Assembly (NCBI RefSeq): GCF_030144855.1
Contig: NC_082739.1
Coordinates: 17,360,001 to 17,424,000 of the forward strand
Reading direction: 5' to 3'
DNA: 64,000 nucleotides
Source: Hypanus sabinus
Lineage: Eukaryota
The notes beneath the pieces were generated by a model. It saw only the letters and a list, made by a program, of their open reading frames with translations, had not been told where the DNA came from and ran no database searches. A program made the position numbers and the translations under genes. Of the stretch, positions 29,201-41,200 are shown piece after piece; positions within the stretch are counted from its first letter, which is position 1, and each line of letters opens with the position of its first letter.

Positions 29201-32200
29201 GATAGGAACTGTTGGCTTGTCAGGTTGAAAGCTTGGATAGGAGAAGGTTGGGATAAACTGTGGAAATAATGTCAAATGATGCTACCACAAACCTGACTGA
29301 GGTCAACATGCACTGACAGCAGATATCAAAAGTTGTGAAGACAAATAAGATAAGGGAGTAAAAGCAGAGGAGAGAGAAAGGACAGAGAAATGGAAAGTTA
29401 AAAAACTCACAAGAAAATGATTCAGCAAAGAGTCGAAGCAAAAATAGAAAATCAGTGGAGACCAAAAATAGAAATTGAAAGAGAAGGAGTAAATAAATGA
29501 GATGAGATAGATGTACATAGATAAGGAAGGAAGGAAAGATAGTGATATTGTAGGCACACACAAAATGCTGGAGGATCTCAGCAGACCAGGCAGCATCAAT
29601 GGAAAAGAGTAAATAGTTAATGTTTCGGGCTGAGATCCTTCATCAGGACTGGAAAAGAAGGGGAGAAGTCAGAATGAGAAGATGAGGGAAGAGGAGGAAG
29701 AAACACAAGGTGAGGTGAAACCGGGGTGGGGGGGGTTGAGGGTAAGAGGGGTGAAGTAAAGAGCTAGGAAGTTGATTAGTGAAAGAGATAAAGGGCTGGA
29801 GAAGGGGGAATCTGATAGGGGATAACAGAAGGCCATGGAAGAAAGGGAAGGGGAGAAGCACTTGAGGGAGGAGATGGGCAGGTGAGAAGGAAAGAAGAAT
29901 AGGGAATGGTGAAGGAGAAGAAAGGGGGTAATTACCGGAAGTTCAGGAAATTGATGTTCATGTCGTCAGATTGGAGGCTAACCATAAAGTGTTGCTCCTC
30001 CAACCTGAGTTGGCCTTATCCTGGAGGTACAGGAGGCCATGGACTGACATATTGGAATGGGAATAGTAATAGTGATATAGAACTCTATGTCCACAAGGTA
30101 ACTTAAAATGTTTAAACATTACCACAGGCATATAATCAGCCATTTGAAAGAGTTTCACAGACATCCTTCAGATGAAGGAGAAGATAATAGTTTAAGAAGT
30201 ATTTATTTCAGGGTCATTGATACTGTTCTCATTACCACCAATTTCACAGAACAAGCAAAGTGGCACATCAGGGGAAGGGGAAATAAAAATAACAAATCCT
30301 GGATACACTCAACAGGTCAGGCAACATTTGTGGAAAGAGAAACAAGAGTTAATGTTTCTATCTTTATTTCAGATTTCCAGCACCTACAACTGATTTACTG
30401 ACAAAATTCATTGAAAACTTGGTGGGTGTTAGGTAAGTCAAAAATAGACTTGATAATTTACATGTTATTTAACAGCTCCAAGTTGACCCTTCCCACCCAA
30501 TTGTGGTTACCCACTTATGCAAAGGAGAAAAAAGTTTTATAAGGGTTTCTGCTGCAGCAGGGAACGAATATTGATAATCCCCAATGTAAAGGATGAATGG
30601 TAAAGGTATAAGAAGAGATAGTGAAGTTAGAAGGGTGAATAGCGTAGAAGGTTAATGAAGAAAGTGGAGGCATGTGTTTTTCAGCTAATTAGCACTCAGT
30701 CATAGCAGGACAGTACATTCCATTCTTTCAGTATAATAGGCCTTGGTGGAGGGAAGGCTTACAAACACAGTGATGTCAACAATGACTGATTGCAAGGTCA
30801 CTTTCATCTGATTGAGCCTGTGCTGAAAGCAAAATGGGTGAAAATGCTGTACGCTGATGTTCCTTGCATGTGATTATGTATAAAAATGTCATACTTTGTT
30901 CATCTGCAGAGAAAGTGTGAACCATCTTCTCCTATTTGCAAGTACAAGATGGATGGAAACAAATGTATTTCTGTTTCACCCAATGAATGGATGGTATGAG
31001 CATTTCTTTTCAAAAAGTGGGCTGGATTATCCATTCACTCATATCCAAGGGGTAGATAAATTGAGAACAAAATCATAGCCTTTCACATTTGTGATTTCTT
31101 ACCTACTGGAGCTGGCTCTGATTGACCACTAGGACAGTAGTACCCTGCTTGACACTCTTTGGTAGCATTAATATTTGCAAATCCAGGACAGTAAAATCCA
31201 GGAGTACACAAATGACAGTGAGAGACATCTGTCTTACCTGAATCCAAAAAATAAATCCTTGTTAGAATTTATGCAGCACAAGTAATTCCTGTTGATACTA
31301 CTTTTGTTCAATTTGAAATGATATGTGGGCATTTACTAGTGGGTCTTGAGAACATGGACATTATCCTTAGAACACAGTTAATACCTCCACATTTGTATTG
31401 GATAGGAAATTTCAGAAAATATACTCACTGATGATAAAGGCTTATATCTACATCAATACGATGAGAAATTTGGACAGATGAAAAGAGATTTGGAAAAAAA
31501 ATTGAAATGGTCTTCCTGCAATCTTGTTGACTTGTCCTCCTTGCTGTGACAAATGCAAAGCAAAGAGATAGAAATATAGAAACCCTACAGCACAATACAG
31601 GCCCTTCGGCCCACAAAGCCGTGCCGAACATGTCCTTCCCTTAGAAAGTACCTAGGGTTACCCATAACCCTCTATTTTTCTAAGCTCAATGTATCTATCC
31701 AGGAGTCTCTTAAAAGACCCTATAATTTCTGCCCCCACCACTGTCGTTGGCAGCCTATTCCATGCTCTCATCACTCTCTGTGTAAAAAAACTTGCCTCTG
31801 ACATCTCCTTTGTACCGTCTTCCAGGCACCTTAAAACTATGCCCTCTCGTGTTAGCGATTTCAACCCTGGGAAAAAGCTTCTGACTATCCACACAATCAA
31901 TGCCTTTCATCATCTTGTACACCTCTATCAGGTCACCTCTCATCCTCCGTCACTCCAAGGAGAAAAGGCCGAATTCACTCAACCTATTCTCATAAGGCAT
32001 GCTCCCCAATCCAGGCAACATCCTTGTAAATCCCCTCTGCACCCTTTCTATGGTTTCCACATTCTTCCTGTAGTGAGGCGACCAGAACTGAGCACAATAC
32101 TCCAAGTGGGTTCTGACCAGGGTTCTATATAGTTGCAACATTACCTCTCAGCTCTTAAACTCAATCCCACGACTGATGAAGGCTAATGCAACATATGCCT

Positions 32201-35200
32201 TCTTAACCACAGCGTCAACCTGTGTAGGGGCTTTGAGTGTCCTATGGACTCAGACCCCAAGATCCCTCTGATCTTCCACACTGCTAAGAGTCTTAACATT
32301 AATACTATATTCTACCATCATATTTGACCTACCAAAATGAACCACCTCACACTTATCTGGATTGAACTCCATCTGCCACTTCTCAGCCCAGTTTTGCACC
32401 CAATCAATGTCCCGCTGTAACCTCTGACAGCCCTCCACACTATCCACAACACCGCCAACCTTTGTGTCATCAGCAAATTTACTAACCCATCCCTCCACTT
32501 CCTCATCCAGATCATTTATAAAAATCATGAAGAGTAGGGGTCCCAGAACAGATCCCTGAGGCACACCACTGGTCGCTGGCCTCCATGCAGAATATTACCC
32601 ATCTACAACCACTCTTTACCTTTTGCGGGCAAGCCAGTTCTGGATCCACAAAGCAATGTCCTCTTAGATCCCATGCCTCCTTACTTTCTCAATAAGTCTT
32701 GCATGGGGTACCTTATCAAATGCCCTGCTGAAATCCATATACACTACATCTACTGCTCTTCCTTCAACAATGTGTTTAGTCACATCCTCAAAAAATTCAA
32801 TTAGGCTCGTAAGGTATGACCTGCCTTTGACAAAGCCATGCTGACTATTCCTAATCATATTACACCTCTCCAAATGTTTATAAGATCCTGAGAGGCAGGA
32901 TTGCTCCATCAACTTACCAACCACTGAAGTAAGACTCACTGGTCTATAATTTCTTGGGCTATCTCTATGCCCTTTCTTGAATAAAGGAACAACATCTGGA
33001 ACCTTCCAATCCCCCAGAACCTCTCCCATACCCATTGATGGTGCAAAGATCATCACCAGAGGCTCAGCAATCTCCTCCCTCACCTCCCACAGAAGCCTGG
33101 GGTACATCTCATCCGGTCCCAGCGACTTATCCAACTTGATGCTTTCCGAAGTCTCTAGCACATCCTCTTCCTTAATATCTACGTTCTCAAGCTTTTCAGT
33201 CCACTGTAAGTCATCTCTACAATTGACAAAATCCTTTTCCATAGTGAATACTGAAGCAAAGTATTGATTAAGTACATCTGCCATCTCCTCCCATTCCATA
33301 TACACTTTTCCACTGTCACACTTGATTGGTCAGGTACTATATTGGTCAGATTGGTCAGACTGTTCAGCATGCAAAGTTATTAATATCTTAAGCTTAATGA
33401 GAAAGTTCTAAAATTCCTTAAATATCACCTGATGCTTCAGATAGTGTTTCAGAAATACACAGCAATCCACATTTCTCTTTTGCATGAAGTTGCTCAGCAT
33501 GACAGAGCTGAAGGACACCATAGTGTATTGTAATTCTCCTTTGTTAATGGTAGGAATGCCCACTATATTTTGTCCACATTTCCAGAATTGCTATTGGCAG
33601 TGAGCAGACAAATAACACATTCAATTGTCCATCTTATTCTCATTGTTTTCTTTATAATGTCTAAATGAAAGAAGATATGGATCACAAAATATTGGCGGAG
33701 ATTATTCTTCAGCATAAAAGGGACTTCAGGTGAACCAAGGCAACCAGATCATGTGGGATAGAGTGGAAAACAGGTAAACATGAAAAGTGGCAAACAAGCT
33801 CCAGGTAACAGTGAGCTCTCCCTATGGGAAAAATGGGTTGTGTGTGGATACCTTGGAAATGAGTTATCACAGTAGATCATCTGTCTCTGTGGTACCACAT
33901 ACAGGCCCTGCAGTCTACTATTAGGAAGGCATGGTAGAATTCATATGATACCCTATTTTCCATACAATATTAGTCTATATGGATAAAGAAAGTCAAAAAC
34001 AACCCCAGGACATTACATTTACTATACTATGCATGAGCCTTAGGCACATATATAAAGATAGTATGCCTAAGACTTTTTTTTGCACAGTACTGTAGTAATT
34101 TTATGTTTTGCACTGCGCTGTTGCTGCAAATATAATCATGATATAAGTGAGTGATGATAAACTTGATTCTGATATGGGTCTCCATTATGGACTGAAAGCA
34201 ATGTCACCATTAAATATACTGGCCTTTTGAGCACTTTATTCCTCACTTTATTTCCCTCTTTTATGGAATGTCTTCATCAGCCAGAGCACACATCAGCCAG
34301 ATTTCACAACACCAGCAATATATTACACTGACAAAGGAGATGAACAGTCCATTTAACAGACATATCATTTCACCCTTTTCAAGGCAATCTGTTTGCTCCA
34401 CCCATTTTCCACCCTGCCTTCTCCACTATCTAGAATAATTGGTTTTGATGATGAAGGGTCTTTGGCCAGAAATGTTACCTGTTTGTCTTTCTACAGGTGC
34501 TGCCCTGACCTGCAGAGTGTCCAGCATTTTCTGTTTTATCTCAGATTTCCAGCACCTGCAACTCTTTTTGATTTTCATTCACTATAGGAATTTGAAAGTC
34601 ACTTTCCAACAGCTATGACATAACTAGTGTCAATACTGAGAAGGGTAGACTTTTTTTTATTAGTTTGGAGTATGAAAGCTTACAGAACTAGTTTGAGAAA
34701 AAATGTATGCAAAATAAATCATTTTATGATTTTATTGAATAATGATACAAATCCAAGGGCTTGAATTTCTTATCCTTGGTCTCCAAATGAATTACATGTG
34801 TCTTGTTGTTACCTTTTGCACCTTTGTGGTGCATTGGGTGTCATTTTTTGTCATTTCCTTAGCATATCTGTTTTTTTACGAGGCTTAGTTGCTACCTTGA
34901 CGCTCAACCTAGCACGGATGGAAAGCATGGAAGGAGCCAGCCCGATTCAAACCAGCGTTATTTGCATCAAAGTCCCTTGCTGATGGCACTACACCACCGG
35001 CTGGTAGAATTACATGTGTAGAACTAATCAAAAAGATTACATTGTGGAAGGAAAAACTTTACCGATTTATAAAGTACTTATATGGTTAGTTGTACTCAGT
35101 GACCTTTCTTAAAAATATACTTGCTATTATGCAAAGAAAGCTACCAAACAGAAAGAAGCTATGGGTCTTACCAGCTGTACCAGCAAAAGACCCTGGTGGA

Positions 35201-38200
35201 CAGGGTGAGGCAGCTTTTGATCCTGCAGGACAATAATGTCCTGGTGGGCAAACATTCTCCGGTGGATCAGGTCTATAAGCGTTTCCATCACAAAAATAAC
35301 CAGCTCGACAGGGGCCAGAAGGAGTTGACAGAGCAAACCCATTGCAGTGTTCACCAGGATCGCATGGAACTGGATGTACAGCACCAGCTGGGCAGTAGCT
35401 CCCAGGCTTACACATACCACCTGAATAAGTTCATTACAAAACAGCTTATTATCATTCTTCAAAAATCTCTACTGGCTCATGCAAATTAATATCTTTTAAT
35501 AACTAATTCAGAAATGAGGGTAATTAAAATATTTCTGATCAAACAAGTTATTGAGCAGTGCTAAGTATAAACTTTGACCTCAGACCGTTTCATTATTTAC
35601 AAGTGAGAATTTACAATGCTTGTATCTCTGTCACTCACTTCTGGCAGCTCATTAATTAGCACATCATTGCTTGTTGCTCACGTGCCTTCCAGAAATGTTT
35701 AAAACTAAATCAGAATCACTGAATAAATTTGCTATGTTTACACTCTTGGTTGTTCCACACCCTTGCTATTTAGTTGCCAATCTGTTTCTGAATATCGACT
35801 CAGTTTCTGAATCTCCATTATCTTCAATGCATCTTGTTTACTTGGAAAACAAATCAACTAACTATTTCAGCAAATTATAGCATGTCTCTGTGCGATTTAG
35901 TTCTTTCATTAGAAGAGGAATGCTTGCTGGAGAACAAAACAAATTCTACGTACTTTCAACTCAGATACTTAAAGGGCAGATGCACAACTACAAAGTGAAG
36001 GAAATCAATTGGACCCTTAAAAGGGCCAACAGAAAAACCAGGAAACCTGACAAGGAGGAACCCTTCACAATCATTGTCTTCCCTATATTTCCACAGCTTC
36101 TGAAAGGATCGCCAGGATCCTGAAGAAATACTGGACAGATACCATCCACAAACCCGTGAGGAAACTCAAATCACAGCTTATACGGGTCACAGATAAACTG
36201 AAACCCAGGACAGCTGGCGTTTGCAGGATTCCTTGTGAATGTGGAGCAGCGTATATCAACCAGACAGGGCGCATGGTGGAAACCCACATCAAGGAGCACA
36301 GGAGGTTAATCCATTTGGGTTACCCGGAGAAATCGGTGGTAACAGAACACCTCATTTGCAATGGCACAAAATTACTGTGCAGTGCCAACAGTTTTTGGGA
36401 CTGCCTGGTGACAGAAGCCATTAAAATAAAACTGGAGGAAAAGAGTTTTAACAAAGGTGAAGGTCTTGCTCTAAGTAAGAACTGGAATTCAAAGTAAACA
36501 AGGTGGGACAGCAGAAACCTGATTTGGATGAGGACTAACCAGTCAGAAGGGATGGACTAGGGGAGTACCGATACCACCGGATTAGACTTGCCTAGGCATC
36601 ACCCCTGATGAAGATGGCAGTGTTTGTCATTGAAACGTTAGTAATCGATAATCGATACCTGTACCTGGTGGGAATCCCAAGAAGTGTTTATTTGTCCTAT
36701 ATGCCAGGAAAGCACTAGATCCTTTTTCAATAAAGGGATAACATTTAAAATTAACATTTAACCACAACCAACTGAGGTTTATATAACAAAGAGCTTCGAA
36801 GTTACAGCATTTGGTATGAAGAAATATTTCCTAACTGCACTCCAATTTTTAGATGATCCCTTCCCAATGCTTAATAGTAATAGTTCAAGATAATCTGCAT
36901 CCACCATGTTATTTTCACTAATGTTGTTAAACAGATCAGAGGTTGATTGATTGGATTAATAATAACAATGGATGGACGTACTGCAATTTACCTGTCATAT
37001 GATCTATGGGTGTTGCTGTCCTTGAACTTCCTGTACAGTAGTAGCCAGCATTGCATTTTCCAGTTGCAGCCACCAAGCCAGAGGAGTTACAGAATAATCC
37101 TGGCGGGCAGGGGAGACAATCAATTTCTGACCCACTACCTAAAAACAGGGAAAGCAGTTTTTACTTCCAGCATAACAAACGGGCCTACAGAAGAAAATAA
37201 ATATACCGGTAATAAGGCATTAGTTACCTTGCATAGGCCCAAAGTGTCCAATTGGACAGGGTAGAATATTCTCAGTACCTTTGGGGCAGTATGAACCTCT
37301 GGGGCACCTCTGACCTGTTATTCCATCAGTTGGATTTGGAGAGGAAGATCTTTCAATGCAATAATACCTGGAATTCAGACAATACATATTTCTATAACGT
37401 TTACACCATCATTCGCCGCTTCTTTTAGAAACATGCAACTGATGGAATTAAAACCAAAACACCAGCCAGCACTGGTTTCATTCACCACCTTTCAGTAATT
37501 TCACTCGCAAAAAATATTAGCTGAGAAAGAAATATGAAAGCTTCATCTTTAAAACTACATAACTTATCACCCACAATTCAATATTTATGAGCAATGGAAA
37601 CAAAAGAAATAATGACTTGAAACTTGATGAGATAGGCAGCAGCTGCAACACAAACAGCTGGCACTTACTCGAGTAAATATAAGCAATTTTGAGCATGCGT
37701 GTTCAAATGCAGATGCCCAAAGTGGCTGATAGATTTCTAGTTCAAAGTTCATAGGAAATTTTTTATCCGAGTACATATATGTTACCATATAAAACCCTGA
37801 GATTCATTTTCTTGCAGGCAATTATAGTAAATACAAAAAACACAATAGAATCAATGTAAGACCACACCCAATAGGACAGACAACAACAAATGTGCAAAAA
37901 AAAAAGCACAAATACAAAAGAAGAAAATAGAAATAATAACGACAATAAATAAAAATCAATAAATAGAAGGAACATGAGAAGAGCCCTTGAAAGTGAGTAC
38001 ATTGCTTGTGGGAACAGTTCAGTGACGGGGTAAATGAAGTTGAATGAAGTTATCCTCTCTGGTTCAAGAGCTTGATGGTTGAGGGGTAATAACTGTTCTG
38101 GAACCAGGTGGTTAGGATCCTGAGGCTGTTTAATCTTTTTCCTGATGGCAGCAGTGAGAAGACAGCATGGCCTAGATAGTGGGGTCCTTGATGATGGATG

Positions 38201-41200
38201 CTGCTTTCCTGTGTCAGCTCTCTGTGTAAATATGCTCAATAGTGGGGAGGGCTTTACCTATGATGGACTGGGCCATATCCATTACTTTTTGAAGGATTTT
38301 CCTTTAAGAACATTGGTGTTTTCCTACCAGACTGTGATGTAGCCAGTTAATACACTCTCCACCACACATCTATAGAAGTTGTCAGAGTTTTAGATGACAT
38401 ACAAATCTTAGTATACTTGTCCAAATGTAGAGGCACTGTTGTACTTTCTTTGTAATGGCACTAATGTGCTGGGCCCAGGACAGGTCTTCTGAAATGATAA
38501 CACCAGGGAATTTAAAGTTGCTGACCCTCTCCACCTCTGATGAGAACTGGCTCATGGACCTCTGGTTTCCTCCTCCTAAAGTAACTAATCAGCTCCTTGG
38601 TCTTGCTGACATTGAGTGAGAGATTGTTGTTATGGCACCACTCAGTCAGATTTTCAATTTCACTTGTATGGGCTGATTTATCACCATATTTGATTCAGCC
38701 TACAACAGCAGTGTCATCAGCAAACTTAAATATGGCATTGGAGCTGCGCTTAGCCTCACAGTCATCGGTATAAAGCGGGTAGAGCAGGGGCCTGAGCACA
38801 CAGCCTTATGTTGCACCTGTGCTGATGGAGATAGTGGAGGAGATGTTGTTGCTGATCTGAACTGACTGGGGTCAGCAAGTGAGGAAATCGAGGATCCATT
38901 TGCATAAGGGGGTATTGAAGCTTACTGATGACAATATTGAATGCCAAGCTGTAGTCAATAAGGAGCATCCTGATGCATTCATCTTCACTGCCCAGATAGT
39001 CTAGGGTTGAGTGAAAAACTGAAGAGATGGCATCTGCTGTGGACCTGTTGTGCTGGTAGGCAAATTGGAGTGTTTCCAAGTCACTTCTCAGGCAAGAGAT
39101 GACATGTTTATCACCAGCCTCTCAAATCACTTCATCACTGTGGATGGAAGTGCTACTGGATGATAGTCATTGATACAGACTACCACATTCTTCCAAGGCA
39201 CCGGTATAATGAAGCCTGCTTGTAACAGGTGGGCTTCTCAGACTTCTAAATTGAGAGGTTAAAGATCTCAGTGAACACTCCAGCCAGCTGATCAGCACAG
39301 ATCTTTGGTACTCAGCCGGGTACCCCATCTGGGCTGGATGCTTTCCGTAGGTTTACTCTCTCATTGGCCTCAGAGACTGAAATCACAGGATTATCAGGGG
39401 CTGTGGGAACTCGTGAAGGTTCCTCCATGTATTGATGGAGCAAGCATCAAAGGCATTGAGCTCATCTAGGAGTGAAGCCTTGCTGTCACCCATGTTACTT
39501 GGTTTCACTTTGTAGGAGGTGATAGCGTTCAAGCCCTGCCACAACTGTCGAGTATCCTTCACTGATTCAAGTGTGGTCCGGAATTGCTATTTCGCAGGTG
39601 AGATGACTTTCTGGAGATCATATCTGGACCTCTTGTATTCAACTTATTTGCCAGACTGGAATGTCATTGATCTGGCCCTCAGCAGATTGCAAATGTCATG
39701 ACTTCTGGTTGGGGAAGACGCTAAATGATTTTGTGGAGACATGCTCGTCTATGATTGCTTTTACAAAGTTCATGACCATCAAGGTGTATTTATTCAGATC
39801 CACAGATGAGTCCTTGAACATGGCCCAGTCCACTGACTCGAAGCAAACCACAGCTGCTCCTCAGCCTCCCGCGACCACCTCTTTGCTGTGCAAATCTGTT
39901 AACATACTCTGTCACTGGATTAATTGAAGGACCACAAATTTGCCAAGATGCTCCAGCACTTATAATGGGCAATCTACTCAATCACACTTCATCAGGATGT
40001 ACTGTATTTCGTTCAGGTGCCTGGATCCAATCTTTTTTAAATGGAGACTTCACAGTTATGAGCAAGAATAGAACAGCTTATAGTATTTGCATTTGTTTGA
40101 TTTTTTTTCATTTATTTATGCATTAAATTATCTGGTGGATTTTAATCTCTGATCATTTAATAGTTAACATTTGTAATAATTTATCTGATTTTGACATCAT
40201 TTGAATGCTTCTGACCAGCAGAAACATTTAGTTTGACTTGATAAATCTCCCGTGGAGCATCTGTGTATGCTTCAAGAATGTTTATACTAACTATTGATAC
40301 AAAAATGGCTAAAAATTAAAATTGCCATCTCACACCCTTCCCAGCAGTCTCCCGTTGGTTCAGTCAGGCCTTCTCGGTCACAGTACTTCCCACGAGGACA
40401 CAACAGACAATCTGAAACTGCACCCAACCCAGTATGGTTGCTAAATGTTCCAACTGGACATGGAGATTGGAAAGGCAACCCTGAACCTGGAATTGAAAGA
40501 GAACTGATGAGTCAGTGACAAGTCATAGTTATTGTTGAATTCATTCGTAGGTTTCTTAGGATCTATTATTGATCCCTAACTGGCCCTGAAGTGAATGCCT
40601 TAACAAGCCAGTGCAGAGAAAAGTTAAGAGCAGTCAACCTTTTTGTGGATCTGGAATATCATAAAGAGTGGCAGAAGTCCTTCTCTTAATGGTGAGCAAA
40701 ATGAACTTCTATGACAATTTAATATGGTATTTTTAATGTAATATTCATGAATTGCAACACCAGATTGATATTCCAGGCCTTTGTATGTTAGTTTGGTAAA
40801 TAAAACACCAAATTGATCTATTTTACAGTATTGAGCATGGGCCATAATTTTTCATTCATAATGTGTGATGCTGGTTCTTATTCCGTTACAATACACCCAT
40901 GTTCACTTTACAAATTAAAGTTGACTTGTACAACCTCTCTCCACAAGATTCCTCGCCCAAGTTTTTGAATGGAAACCACAGAAGACATCATTGGATATTA
41001 CAAATTAAACCCCTTGATATTTATTTACTGTCTGCAAAATCATTCAAGTTTTGTTTACATCTTCTGGGGAGCATCCCAGGTTTATTAACCGAAAGGTTAT
41101 TTGAAATGAGTCTCAGCCCAGCATTCTTGTTATTTAAAAGGACTAATTACCTTTTGTTTATAAATTATGCTCTGATTTCTATCAGAACCTTAGAATACCT

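Noticed and set aside
35121-35489. Plus-strand ORFs overlapping exons (also 2021-2266, 11550-11768, 36947-37264, 40294-40518)
   Set aside because: They are antisense shadows of coding exons with no independent evidence.
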